DNA of 64,000 nt from Piedraia hortae CBS 480.64 (lineage: Eukaryota): positions 1 to 64,000 of the forward strand of contig MU005983.1 of NCBI GenBank assembly GCA_010093745.1, written 5' to 3'. Numbering within the stretch: the stretch's first letter is position 1; every line of letters starts with the position of its first letter. The notes below the pieces were generated by a model that was not told the DNA's origin, made no database searches, and worked only from the letters and a program-made list of their open reading frames with translations. Positions 45,693 to 59,967 of this stretch are shown here, piece by piece. The translations under genes were made by a program, and so were the position numbers.

Positions 45693-47926
45693 GGCACGTC
45701 ACGATCTGAGGCGGCGCCGCGTGGCTCACGCGAAAGCGTCTTTCGGGGCGAAGGGGGTGGCGGCTGACAGGCGCCGGCGTGTTTGCGAAGGGAAGCGCGA
45801 GAGCCGCGTCGACGGCCGCTTCAGGGTTAATAGAGCCTGTTGATCCTCGGTTAGCCGAACGCTAATCATCCCCGGCCCAGTGGCCTACTAACTCCGCTCC
45901 GGCACTTGATCACTAGCGTGGCGGCTGTAGTGCTGACGGGTTTAGCGCCAGTACACGGTCTAGTGGTTTGGGGTGGTAAGAAGCGGAAATCAGAAATCCG
46001 ACAAACGCCCGGGCCCACCCCGCAGTTATAAGCGGTCAAGTGACTTGCACGGAACTTCCCGAGTTTGACTCGCCGTTGCCAGATTCCAAAATGCTGATGG
46101 TTGACCTTGATGGTCGTCTACCTTGGAACACTTTGTTTTGCTTGGTAATTGGGTTGATCGCGCCTTTTGTATGCAAATTTTTCAATCTGCATCACCCCTT
46201 GCACGTGACCGAAAGTTTGAGCGTGCATCCCCGGCAGCGTGAACCATGGATCTAAGCTGTATTGCGTCATGATCCCGCTGCGCATTTATTTCGAATACCG
46301 CTAATGCAATGGCATGACAAGCAGCAGCATGATCTCGCATCATGCCACACAATGGGCCTCGTTGCTGTAGTATTAAAGGCCTTGCTTGCTGCGGTTCACG
46401 AGGATGCTTGAAAATCTCATGATTCGCCTGCGCAACGGACCCTGTGAGGATATATTCAGTTCTCTTATTGCTTACGCCCCGGTCTGCTCACTCATGTGTG
46501 GAACACACCGACCGGACGCATGATTCGAGATCCATAAATCTGGTCAGATGTACCGAAACCTTGTCGGTGGCCCATCTTTGACCGTAGTTTGTTGGAGAAT
46601 ATCGGCGGGTTGTGTTGTTTCTATTGGTGAGTATAACGACGAGGTTGTTGATTGACAGGTTCACAACGTTCAGCGTTGGAGCATGCAAATTACGCTAGCA
46701 CAATCCTACCTTCATTGCGCGTAAGATCAACCGAAAGAGGATATCACTAGTCATAAAACGACTTGTGGCGCTAGGGAGGGAGTGGATCGACATTCTAATA
46801 TCAACTTCTCGTCCCCTTCGTTCCCATCAAGCTCGACTAGGACACGATTCCGCCATGTGTCAAGGTGCATGATGACAATATAAAGAAAGATAGATAACGG
46901 CTGGTGGGCTTAAGCGAGGCAGCCGTGAATCAAGTTTTCAGTTATGCGGTTGTCGAGTTCATATGAATCTTTTGGGCTCTTATGATGGGATATTTGATCG
47001 AGACGTTTTCGAATGTGATTAGTTGGAACATTTCAAGAAGCTGGTGCAAGGCTCTCTCAACCCGGTACTTTGTGTGATCCTCTCCTCCGCGTCTGAGTGG
47101 TATATGGATAGAGGAGAATGAACATCAGTGTGAGCATTCAAATGTTCATGCTCGCCAGGGTTTGAACACCTAGGTATATTCCTACCCCTCCCCACAGACT
47201 CAAGCCTGGACTTTGAGTGCTTCGTGCCGTTCTACCTTACAATTGACTCAGGAGATGGTCCAGACCAAGAGAAGTCTACATTCTCCTTGAGGCAAGCACA
47301 CTTGTGCATTTTCGTTGACTGATTCAGAAGAGTACTGGAAAGGTCCTAGCAAGTTCAATTGATTGAGGCTTCCTTCATCTAATCGAACATGATCATAACT
47401 CATCGAAAGCTTCCAGTTAAATATATACACCAACTATAAGTCTTCTGCTTCCTCCTTATCCTCATGCTTTCAGCGACGTATATTAAGAGCACAACCTGAA
47501 GCAACGTGGACCCCAAACGATTTGTGCATCAGGACTCGATCTGTGTTGCAAAGAATGTCCCTAACGTAGAAACGCCGGAATAATGGTGTCGATTTCGGGG
47601 CATTCCAATCAGAAACCATTTCATGCTCGTAGGGAGCGTGAATTACCTCGCAAAAGTACTCTTCAAAGGTGCCATCTCGATGTGGCGAGGGGTGTTATTG
47701 TACCGCGTTGATAACTCATTCTTTAAGTCGAAAGATTTGGGTCCAACTACTGTGCATGCCTCGATGTTTCTCTGAGACTTGTTACGTGCCATCTCGCATT
47801 GACAGGCAGGCCAGATTACACCAAAACGGTAACAAGACAATCTATCGTTTTACGTCGGTCTAAACCACCTCTTACAATTAGTGACTAACACTTACTGTTT
47901 CTTCTGCGATTACGGGGCGTGGCCGT

Positions 47927-50096
<2,170 letters not shown>

Positions 50097-50452
50097 GCTG
50101 AAAGAGGAAAGAAAGAAAAGGGAAACGAGCGTCCGTCACTTGCGGAAATGAAAGAGAAGGGACACTCACTGATGCGCGACAACGGAATCACTATGAAATA
50201 GATGAATCTGGTCGCGCGTGTGTTGGTGACAAAGGAGGCAGGAGAGAAAATTGAAAAGCGAGTGGAACACACTAGTCCCAATAAGGTTTAGCGTGTATCT
50301 GAGAGTTTCCGCCTTTTATCGTGGGAGACGGACCTCTGGGTTGAGTCATTCGGCAATATTTGGAGGCAACATCTGGACGTCTTGTCCTCAAATTACTTCA
50401 TAAATCGGGCGCTGGCACCCGCACAGTCAAGTGCGAAAAGCTCACACATCGC

Positions 50453-52090
50453 TTATCGACTCACACCAAAGGAGCCTCCTAGCTTGTCGACAATGTATCT
50501 CTTCATAAGCTTCACGTCGTCAGCCGACATAAGAGTAGAACCTGGATCTGTAAGACCTGCTATCAAATGGAACCCCCAGTGTTGCTGTCCCTTCTGTGAC
50601 AGCTTATCGACAATTTCCAGAAGGCCTGTTTTGGTAAAGTTGGAGACTGCAGCAATCAGCAACTTCCTGAGGTGTGGGGTCTGTTCAAAGGCGTTCAACA
50701 CATGATCGGGGATGCCGTAACCGCCGACGTAAAAATACTCGAGGTTGGTCGTGTGCTTCCCTATCAGACTGATGTCTTCATTGGAGAAAAGGTCACATAT
50801 GAGCCTCTTGAGAGATTTTGGAGAGATGAATATGTTTATGATGATATTGAGTTCGTACGCCGAAAGAGGGTCTGGGTCAGTCCAAGGCACTAAAGATGTC
50901 AATGTTTCGCGGTGGTTTGTCAAAGCTTTGTGGAAGTCATGGTGGTCTTTGACACGGTAGCCGACTCCTCGACCTGCTTTGATGGTTATCGAGCGCAACT
51001 TTACGTCCTTGTTGAGTAGCACAGGAAGCACAATATCAGGTGCAGATTTGATCTCGGAGATACTAATATCCTGCAGCGCATTGCAGTTTCTCAACCACAA
51101 AGCAATGCCCTCATAGGCTTCTTCTTCGGTGTGCTTAAGGTCTACGTTGTGATAATTACTTGCCAGATCAAGTCTCTTGGGCATTGTGCAGTTTCGGAGA
51201 GCTCCCAAAGCAAGTATCCCCTCACTATCTACCAACAACTTCAGGTAGGTAAGGCTTTGGGAATGGTTGTTGAAAGCGCGACAGATATCTCAGGCAATAT
51301 TGCAGTGTTCAATGTCTTCAAATACCTTGAGTCTGTTGGGTTTCATGTTCCCAATGAAAGTTCTCAGTTTGTCACCAGCTTCTGCACTGCGATGCGCGTG
51401 AATTGTCAAGTGGCTTAATCTTGGACACTGGATGTGCAGGATATCCTGTATACTGTCCTGGGCTAAAAGCTCACCGTTCCAGATACGGAGTGACTTCAAG
51501 TTATTGAGAAGGTTTGCCCAGCGTGGTATGGCGTCGGACAACATCTCTGTCTTGGTAGGTTCAGACAATTCCATCACTGGAGGAGCTTTCTTCAAGATTG
51601 CATTAGCAATCTCAAAAAGTGTTGCCTTTGCGTTGAAGTTGTTGGTCACTGGATCACGAAAGGAGAACGGAGCAAGTTCATCAAAAAAGAACTGCTCACG
51701 CCCACTCCGCCCTAGGTTCTGAAGGAGTTTGCTCAAGTTATCCAGATCCAGATTCCTCAAGTAGGAGCAATATGGAAGGAATGTTTTGCCCACTGCGGAC
51801 AGTGTAAGCTTTCTCCACAGAGCCTTCCATCGTGCATGTGAAATTCTGATAGGGCTCCGGGCATGAAGGCAGATCCTGCGATGTCAGTTGGTCATGGATG
51901 CGCCTTCTCTTTGCTAATCTGTACCGAATCCAAAAGCGCACCGGCGTCTTCGGCCATATATCTGCTGCTAACGATGCAGTTGTAGAGAGTCCCATAATAG
52001 ACCTGTGTGGCTTCCGGCAACTCAGTGTGTACAGCGCTGTTGGCTATTTGATCGATTACGAGGCCTAGTATTTCGGTTGGCAGAACATGA
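50453..52090 (-). pseudogene. F-box-like/RNI-LRR protein, disrupted
   Basis: LPTEILGLVIDQIA..GTLYNC, ARWKALWRKL..GKTFLPYCSYLRNLDL, then LRR-like repeats. In-frame TGA at 51290-51292, apparent frameshift at the first intron, no in-frame ATG found. Confidence 0.65.
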
Positions 52091-52239
52091 TCTATGGTAT
52101 GATTGTGAACGGCAGGAAATTGTGAGATGTATGGAAATCTCGAATTTCAAGTTGACGATTTTGCCTATAAACAACGTGCGACCGCGTTTGTGAGGTAGAT
52201 CGTTCAGACCATCAACAACCACCGTCGTCGCAACTAGAA

Positions 52240-53779
52240 ATGGTGGTTCTCAACTTTGCTCTAACCCCTTTGGCAACGGGAAGAGTATACGACTTGCTAA
52301 ACTGCCTTGCGAAGTTTGGAGAGACGGTGGCGATCGAGGCACAAAATGACAAGGTACGCCTTGGGGGGGGATGGGCGTTGGGCACGCGCGCAGCTGATGC
52401 ATGACAGCTCACACTTACAACGTTGAACCTGTCAAAAACAGCGCTTGCCTCATTTACCCTTGATGCAGACGGGTTTTTTATCAGTTATGACTTCACTGCA
52501 AATGACAGTGGTAGAAACTTCACCTGTCAGTTGCTCAATAAGGTAAGACAACGCTATCGATCGATACTTCTGTATTGATAACAATTTGTAGGCACTGCAG
52601 TCTGCTTTCAAAGGTCGGGTCAATGAAGCCCGCAACTATGAAAGCACTACCGAAAGATGCGATGTGAGCATAGACGAACAACCGGATCAAACAGAATGTC
52701 GGTTTGTTGTGAAAATGCACGGAAAACACGGTATGCTGGAGTTGGACCAGTAAAACCCTGTTTGCTCATGCATTGTAGGCTCTGTCAGGATACACCGCTT
52801 GTTGTATGAGGCTACCGAAACTATCCAAGCAGTGTTTGATCGAACAGCAGCAAGCCAAGGCTGGCGCATATCGTCCAAAGTACTGCGAGAGTACATTGAA
52901 TTTTTCAGTCCCAAAACGGAACAGCTTGAAATAGTGGCACAAGAAACCAAAACGGTCTTCACAAGCTACCGAGAAAAGGTTCAAGATGGCAAAGGTGACT
53001 TCTGCCGCCGTGTAGCCCTTGGCATGGATTGCTAAACCCTTTACAGAAGTGTTGAAGCAGCCCCTCGAGACGGCAATATCGATACACACAGCCGATTTTG
53101 AAGAGCTGCACATGTTGGAAAACATGCGTCTCATCATCAGTGTCAAGGACTTCAAAGCCATCGTCACTCACGCCGAAACGCTCAAGGTATCAGTGTCTGC
53201 TCACTTCTCGTATCCCAATCGGCCCCTGCAGTTTAGCTACCAGAGCCGTGGCTTGCATTGCAAGTTTACCCTCATGACCACGGGTAGTTCTCCTGCCAAC
53301 AGGACAAAGAAATACATATCAACACGCAACGTGGCGCCACCGGCGACCGAACCTGGCCGCTCACAGATGGAGCCCATCGCGTCTCGGTCGCACTTGATCA
53401 GCAACAAATTAAAGCCTAGTCAAAGCCAACGGCCTTCTCTGAGAGAACGAGTTCACCAACCCATAGTCGCAGATTCTGATCCCGATCCAGAAAGTTTGTT
53501 TGTACCGGCCGACGACGATTCGCACTGGAATCCACCCAATTATGATGATGACGGCGAGGAAATGCTGGGATGGGCTACAGAGGCCGAGAACCCAAGCACA
53601 ATTGGTCGGCCAACCATCCATGACAGTATTTATCAGAACGCGCAGCATGATTATACCGATCTAGACACCACTGTGGAAGCATTGCAGCCTACGCAAAGAT
53701 TGTCACAGGTGAGTCATTTGATCATATTTGTTGATGAACGCAACAACTGACCGTCAAGCTTCATGCTATGTTCGACTAG
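52240..53779 (+). CDS. RAD9: 9-1-1 checkpoint clamp subunit Rad9 (Ddc1-like)
   Basis: LNCLAKFGETVAIEA, LNLSKTA, FTCQLLNKALQSAFK, KQPLETAI, ISVKDFKAIVTHA, RPLQFSY, TQRLSQ..MFD*. Five GT-AG introns. Confidence 0.9.
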
Positions 53780-53785
53780 TACAAG

Positions 53786-54763
53786 TTAACAGGTCGCGAT
53801 GAAGCTTGTTGCGCAGCCAGCAAAAATAGCTGTTGGCGAAACCAGGTCGATTTCATTCCAGCGACTCTTTACGTCGCCGTTGGAATCGATGGGCTGTCCA
53901 CAATTGCCATGTTCACCCCATCCCCAGGCCAAGATCTTACCGCACTTTGTCAATGCCAAACAGTGCTCACTGCCGGCTGCGATTTGTACGATAGGTGTTA
54001 AACCTGGTGGAGGAAGCTGACCATGATCGTTGCGGCCAAAGCCGATCAGCCTCCCGTTGATCAATACATAAATACTTCCCCAGGAAGCTGCAATATCTGT
54101 CCACCCTGGGACTTGAGTTGCTATTTGAGATTTGAGCCCGAATCTATCTCTCCCTTGTATACCGAGAATGAGAAGGTTGCCTTGTGCCGGCTCGCCTATA
54201 ATACACGTAAAATCCTTGCCACAAACGGCTTTCGCAACGGGAAATGGTACATCTTGGACCTTACGAGGCAACCAGGCGTCTTGATTTGGCTTACCGAGTT
54301 GGCCGTGTCGACCCTTACCCCAGCCCCAAACCTCGCCATTGTCGAGGACCGCTACAGTATGAGACATGCTAGACGCTACATGAACGACAGATGCTCCTTG
54401 AGGGGGGAAATCTGGGATGTCACAGAATTCTTTCGCCTTTGAAATGCCCATGCCTAGCCCAAGCTCGCCGTTGAGCCCATCCCCCATCGTGGCCACCCTA
54501 CCAGCCTGCTTTAGGCAAACACTGGCGGTCCAAGTGGCAGATATCATTGAAACGTTCTCGAGGCTTAAGTTCGTTCCACCGAAAGCCTGAACGAACCCAG
54601 TTCTACTGAGAACGAGTGCATGGTTGCCGCCTGCAACTACTTGCTTGATGCCGTTATTTATGATATCTGCAGGAAGATGGCATTTCTCTGGCACAGAAAC
54701 ATCCCTTTGGTGACCTAGAGCAAGTTGGCCGCTCCCATTCGATCCCAGAGCATACAACCTCAT
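53786..54763 (-). CDS. ATS1: RCC1-repeat protein Ats1/Kti13
   Basis: MRLYALGSNGSGQLALGH, AGGNH, GRNDHGQL, AGSEH, WGWGEHGNCG, AGCATSF. Confidence 0.82.
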   Translation of the reverse strand: MRLYALGSNGSGQLALGHQRDVSVPEKCHLPADIINNGIKQVVAGGNHALVLSRTGFVQAFGGTNLSLENVSMISATWTASVCLKQAGRVATMGDGLNGELGLGMGISKAKEFCDIPDFPPQGASVVHVASSMSHTVAVLDNGEVWGWGKGRHGQLGKPNQDAWLPRKVQDVPFPVAKAVCGKDFTCIIGEPAQGNLLILGIQGRDRFGLKSQIATQVPGWTDIAASWGSIYVLINGRLIGFGRNDHGQLPPPGLTPIVQIAAGSEHCLALTKCGKILAWGWGEHGNCGQPIDSNGDVKSRWNEIDLVSPTAIFAGCATSFIATC

Positions 54764-54918
54764 TGTCTAAGAGGGCAAGGTGAAGTGAAGTAAGGCTGGT
54801 GACTGGTGCCTCAGGCCACAAAAGCGGGCAAGTGGATCTGCCCGAGTCTTGGCATTACCACCGAAATTCAGGCAGCACGTCAAACCACGCACACGTATCG
54901 CCGGCAAGAAACGCAATC

Positions 54919-55459
54919 ATGGCCGCTCCTCAAATGGTGCAATGCTTCGGAAAGAAGAAAAACGCAACGGCGGTCGCCCACTGCCGACAGGGCAAGGGCA
55001 TCATTAAGGTCAATGGCAAGCCGCTCGCACTGGTCGAGCCGCAGATCCTGCGCTTCAAGGTTTACGAGCCGATTCTCATCCTCGGACAAGACAAGTTTGG
55101 TACGCGGAGAGCGGAACGCATATGGGGGGTTGAACTGGTGCTGACTGGGTTGCTGTAGAAGGTGTTGACATCCGCGTCCGTGTCCGCGGCGGTGGTCAGG
55201 TCTCTCAAATTTACGCTATTCGACAGGCTATTGCAAAGAGCATCGTACGTTATTATTCGTACGGAATGACATCGAGGGGAGGCTGACGGGACAGATTGCC
55301 TACTACCAAAAGTTTGTTGACGAGCATGCGAAGAACGAGCTAAAGCAGGCGCTCGTCGCTTACGATCGTACCCTCCTCGTCGCCGACAACCGTCGTTGCG
55401 AACCGAAGAAGTTTGGCGGTCCAGGCGCTCGCGCACGATACCAGAAGTCATACCGGTAA
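54919..55459 (+). CDS. RPS16: 40S ribosomal protein S16 (uS9)
   Basis: [53 protein letters not shown]. Introns 55100-55158 and 55245-55294. Confidence 0.97.
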
Positions 55460-55510
55460 AGGGAAAAGGAAGTCAATGTGGTAGTGAAGCAACCAAACCT
55501 TTCTCCCATG

Positions 55511-56461
55511 CTATCGTGGCTGTGCAATGCTTCTTCTGCCCTCTCGTCCTGCTCCGTTTACGCTCCGCCGCGCCGCGGTGGTCCTTGTACCGCCCGTCAC
55601 CGCAGTCTCCCCAACGGGTAAAGGATCATTCCAAGTTCTATGGCAAGTAGGGCATCCTTCACAACCGCCCTGCGCCCTGAACAAGTTGCTCACACAGTTG
55701 GAGTGAAGCCTGACGTTGCAGTCCATGTTTGGACATCGTAAGCCCATGGTGACAATCTCTTTGCAAGCCGCACAGAGCTTTATCCTCTGTTCCCCACCCT
55801 CGTTATTATCGTCGTCATCATTATACGTTTCAAACAGCCAGCTGCGCAATTCCATCAACGCCCTGGGCGCCAGAGTGTAATATCCATTCGCCGACATCTC
55901 AAACCAGCTCTGCTCCAGCAACAGTTCTAGAATCTTTTCCGCATGCGTCATCGTAAGGCTCGTAGCATTGCTCGTGATCTGAGTGCCATCCTCCAACTGT
56001 GTCGTATTGACCGAGCCGGCCGGGACTTTGGCCAGGCGCAAAGCCTGCGTGGATGTCAAAGCCAGCACCTCGGCGTCGTGGGTATTGTAGGTGTCGAAGA
56101 TGGCGTCGAGCAGCCTCTTGATATATGCGAGCTCGTCGGGCGTGAACGCCGTGCTCCACTCCGTCATGCGGTCATCCCCGCTGAGGTTGACCAGCGCATA
56201 AGTCATCGCGTGCGGCGGCGTCTGGTGCTTGGCAGAACGAATGGCGAAATCGCAAAGTGACAATTTGCTATTAAGGAGCTGCATGTGGTTGCGCACATCC
56301 TCAATGGTCAGGTCGGCCGCTAGAGTTGGTCGTTCTGGATCGGCTGCTGTGTGCGCTTTGGCGATCAGATATTTGAAGCCCTCTTCGTCCAGAACTTGGC
56401 GCGCAAGTAGCGCCTGGGCCATGGCCCGGTGCGTATCTGTATACTCCCCTGCTACGGACAT
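55511..56461 (-). CDS. NSE1: Smc5/6 complex subunit Nse1
   Basis: YTDTHRAMAQAL, LAPRALMELRSWL, C-terminal RING-like CAACKEIVTMGLRC..C..LH..C..CPTC. Confidence 0.9.
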   Translation of the reverse strand: MSVAGEYTDTHRAMAQALLARQVLDEEGFKYLIAKAHTAADPERPTLAADLTIEDVRNHMQLLNSKLSLCDFAIRSAKHQTPPHAMTYALVNLSGDDRMTEWSTAFTPDELAYIKRLLDAIFDTYNTHDAEVLALTSTQALRLAKVPAGSVNTTQLEDGTQITSNATSLTMTHAEKILELLLEQSWFEMSANGYYTLAPRALMELRSWLFETYNDDDDNNEGGEQRIKLCAACKEIVTMGLRCPNMDCNVRLHSNCVSNLFRAQGGCEGCPTCHRTWNDPLPVGETAVTGGTRTTAARRSVNGAGREGRRSIAQPR

Positions 56462-56700
56462 GGTCGTGATCTATGTCGGCAGGTTGGTTTGGTGCCGCGA
56501 CGTTACAGGAGCTTTGCGTGGGAGATGCGTCGAAGACGCGCCAAGATGCGACCTTTCCAACGTTTGGTCAGGCACAATCTGTCACTGACGAATGATAAGA
56601 ACATCAGATACGCGATCTGGAGGCCATACACAACAGGCCGTGGCCATCTATAGGATGTCACCAACAAAACGCCCGTATCCATTACCATCATCACGGTGAA

Positions 56701-57401
56701 CTACATCAGCACGCAGCAGGCGTTCTGCTTCTTTGCCTGGCCGTAGAACATCTTACTCTGTGCACTTAGATCGTCAGACTTTGCAACCAAGCTGTCAATC
56801 TTTTCCCCTCGTTCCAGGACCGATTCGATGGTTTTGTGCAGCACGATCTTGGTTTCATCCAGTTCTTGTTGAATCTGAAGCTCGTGTTAGTCATGGATTC
56901 CTTCGGTCAGATAATGGACAACACACCTTCATGATACTATCAGCCTGATGCGGATCTTGATATTTGACAATGTAATCCTTCAAGGCCGGGAAGGAGCATC
57001 TCGGCGACGGCCCGCTCCACGAACTCCGCGGGTTTTGGGTCAAGAACTCATCCAGGATCTTGCCTAGCAGTTGATGCGCCACCAATGCCGGGTAATCGTG
57101 GTCGGAAATGATGATGCCAGCCACACCTTCACTGCGCGCGTAGGCATGAAAGGTGTAGCTCTGCTCTTCCACATCCTGGCGTTGGCCGACCTTGGTTCGT
57201 TCCGCGACGGTCTTGGAGAACATGGACATAAACTCTCCAACTGATGACCGCGTAAATCGCGAATAGCTGCTCAAATCACGCTCGGCGCATAGTTCCACCG
57301 CGGGTGTAGAATCGTTTCGTAGGACCTGGACGTAGTTTGTTAGGCATTTGGGAGTATATTTGGAGGCAAGACGGACTCACACCGATGTAAAGAAGTTTCA
57401 T
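56701..57401 (-). CDS. YKT6: R-SNARE Ykt6
   Basis: Longin domain, [31 protein letters not shown]-terminal CCVLM prenylation motif. Introns 57380-57326 and 56926-56875. Confidence 0.95.
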
Positions 57402-57951
57402 CTTTCTGTCGGTAGGCGTGTTGCGTGGATTTCAGTCGGGTAGGGGGATCGTCGTTCGCAGGTTAGGCTGATCGTTGGATGCACATGCGAGCCGCTCACC
57501 CCGTTCAGTGAATGACGTAATTAGCTGCTCTGTCATTCTAAAAATGCCTAGGCCAGGCACAACTGTCATCTGTTTGATGAGAGGCCATTGAGGGAAAGAA
57601 GGTCTGGAAGACTATGGATATGAGTCTTCTACCTATTCTGTAATTACACTGACCACCAATGAATTGGCACCAAATCCTAGAGAGGATCCATAGTTGTACT
57701 TTGGGAACACATGAGTTTGATAGTCTTGTGTCCGGATGAACCGTTCTTTAGGTGATTGGCAAAAGAAGGGCATCTCGAAAGCACTTCATCGCTGTCGAAG
57801 TGGTAAAGCAGCGTCGACTGGTAGCTTGACGGGTGTGGCAGAAGAGGTCAGCTCAAGCCACACCTACCAGTCGTGCATCACGCTATCCCAATTCAGGCAA
57901 CACGTTTCCCTCGCCAATCGAGCCTTGGTCACTGCTCTCAGAACACACAGC

Positions 57952-58500
57952 ATGGCACCCCTTGCACCCATCTCACAGGATGCGCACACCGCTCTGCTCG
58001 CCGAGTTAGACATGCAGCACATTGCAAAGCCGTTTAGAGCCAAGGGCTGGAAACCGCCGGCTCGTCGCAACAAGAATCTTCGACAAATGCTTTCCGAAGC
58101 ACAAAAAGGAATCAAAGAGAGCGAGAGCAACTATGCCAGTGGAGTTGCTACACCTGTTGAACACGAAATGGAAGTTGATACAGAGGGCGGGGAAGGTGCC
58201 GTGAGCGGAGGAAATCACCAGCAGGGATTGAAGCAGACTGGCACGCTTACATCGTTACTTCCAGGAGGCCCAGTGATTCCTGGCGGGGCAAGAACTTCTT
58301 ACACGGCACTTGGTGCTGCGCCGAGTTTAAAGCCGAAGAAGAAGTTTTGTGACATCACAGGCCTGCCCACGCGAAATACAGACCCGAAAACAGGGTTGAA
58401 CTACTACAATGCTGAGATCTTTCAGCTTCTCAAGACCTTATCACAATCGCAGGTGCAACACTACCTGTCTATGAGGGGCGCTAATACGATCTTGAAATGA
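57952..58500 (+). CDS. IES6: INO80 subunit Ies6 (YL1_C domain)
   Basis: KPFR..RRNKNLRQML, APSLKPKKKFCDITGLP..DPKTGLNY, YLSMRGANTILK. Confidence 0.9.
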   Translation: MAPLAPISQDAHTALLAELDMQHIAKPFRAKGWKPPARRNKNLRQMLSEAQKGIKESESNYASGVATPVEHEMEVDTEGGEGAVSGGNHQQGLKQTGTLTSLLPGGPVIPGGARTSYTALGAAPSLKPKKKFCDITGLPTRNTDPKTGLNYYNAEIFQLLKTLSQSQVQHYLSMRGANTILK

Positions 58501-58886
58501 GGTTACGTGGACGTGGGCGCCTGGGCTAAATGTATGAGTAATCATTTGTATGATGAGTAACTTGAGAGCGGCGTTGATGGTTTCATTTGTTTCACAGACA
58601 TAGGGCGTGTAGCGAAAACTTGTAAGATTCCAAAGTCAAGCAGACTCCATCCTCTCCTTCTTTCGAAGAAGAGCCTAAAGCCGCTCCGGCTTAATGAGGA
58701 TCTATGCTTTTTCTTCGCCTTGAGGAGACCGTCTGCATACGTGAAGCAGGCAGTACAAGAGGTCTGATGCACCTCTTGTTTCTCAGCGTTGGTAGGGGAA
58801 AAGGATGAGAATTGGCTCGCATAGGTTATTCGGGGGATTCCGAAACGTCATTTACACATTAATAATATTTTGAGGGTGGTGAGTCA

Positions 58887-59723
58887 TCAACAACATCGCG
58901 ATCGTGTCTCGTCTCCATCTGTTGCTGCACCTTGCTCGTTTGGCCATCCAGACTGCGCCGAAGGAAAGCTGAGCCAGCTGCGTCGTCGGTCTCGGTAAGA
59001 CAAGCGAAAACTACCAGATCCACCGTGTGGAAGGTCAAAATATCCCGTCGATCCAGGTGGCATTTCCCCGGGCGTTTGCGCACGGGAAGCTTCCTCTTCG
59101 CGCAAATGCCTCGACTGTTGCTCCACCAACTTGCGTGTGATTACACGATAGACTTCGTCAATGCCTTCCCCATCCTTGGCACTCACTTCATGGCAGCAAT
59201 CCCAGATGAAGCCTTGGCCCCATAGGCCTGACTCGCGGTCGGCAGATTTGTTGAGCGAGATGTCTGGGTAGAGCTGCTCGGCAACGTAGGTGATGCATCG
59301 CTCAAAGGTAACCTCGCGCTTGTCAGGTTCCGCGGCGACAACGTCGGTCTTGGTGCCAACCACGTGCACAATGAGATTGTGATCGCATGCTTCACGCAGT
59401 TCCTGTAGGCAAACGCCCATTTCCTCAAACGTTTTTTGCTTGGTGACATCGTAGCAAAGAATTGCGGCATGCGCACCGCGGTAGTACAGGCGCGAGATGC
59501 TGCGGAAACGCTCCTGGCCAGCCGTATCCCAGATCTGTAGGCGAACGGTCACGCCAGACTCGGCATCAAGGACGCGCGTGGTTACAAACGATGCGCCGAG
59601 GGTTGTTTGCGCCTTGTCTTCGGGCAGGAAGGAATTGGTTAAGTACCGATGCACGAGGCTGGTCTTGCCAACGCCCTGAGCGCCGAGCACGACCAATTTG
59701 GCCTCGAGCGACGAAGTTGTCAT
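58887..59723 (-). CDS. Rab-family small GTPase (Rab5/21/24-related)
   Basis: GAQGVGKT, TTLGASF, WDTAGQERF, YYRGA, TKTD, EVSAK, C-terminal CC. Confidence 0.88.
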   Translation of the reverse strand: MTTSSLEAKLVVLGAQGVGKTSLVHRYLTNSFLPEDKAQTTLGASFVTTRVLDAESGVTVRLQIWDTAGQERFRSISRLYYRGAHAAILCYDVTKQKTFEEMGVCLQELREACDHNLIVHVVGTKTDVVAAEPDKREVTFERCITYVAEQLYPDISLNKSADRESGLWGQGFIWDCCHEVSAKDGEGIDEVYRVITRKLVEQQSRHLREEEASRAQTPGEMPPGSTGYFDLPHGGSGSFRLSYRDRRRSWLSFPSAQSGWPNEQGAATDGDETRSRCC

Positions 59724-59967
59724 GAGTTACAGGGAACCATGAAGGGTGAGGTGTCTGGCGTCACCGCGGCAATGGGACTCAGCCGCAGTTGTCCCTGGCG
59801 GTGGGCTACCAGGGTTCCCTGCAAAGGGTCTTATAAACGCGACACGAGAGGCTGCTACATTAAATGAGCTAGAAGTTCCGGTGATAGATTAAAGTAACGT
59901 TGGAGGCGAAACGCTCGCGCAATTAATATCCGGCACTGTCCAACCATGGAGCCCACAGCTCCTCGCC

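Noticed and set aside
54798..54805. HomolD-like box upstream of RPS16
   Set aside because: Only a 7/8 match with no supporting companion element.
57570..57655. Box C/D snoRNA candidate (TGATGA..CTGA with an internal hairpin)
   Set aside because: No terminal stem and no rRNA-complementary guide that I could identify.
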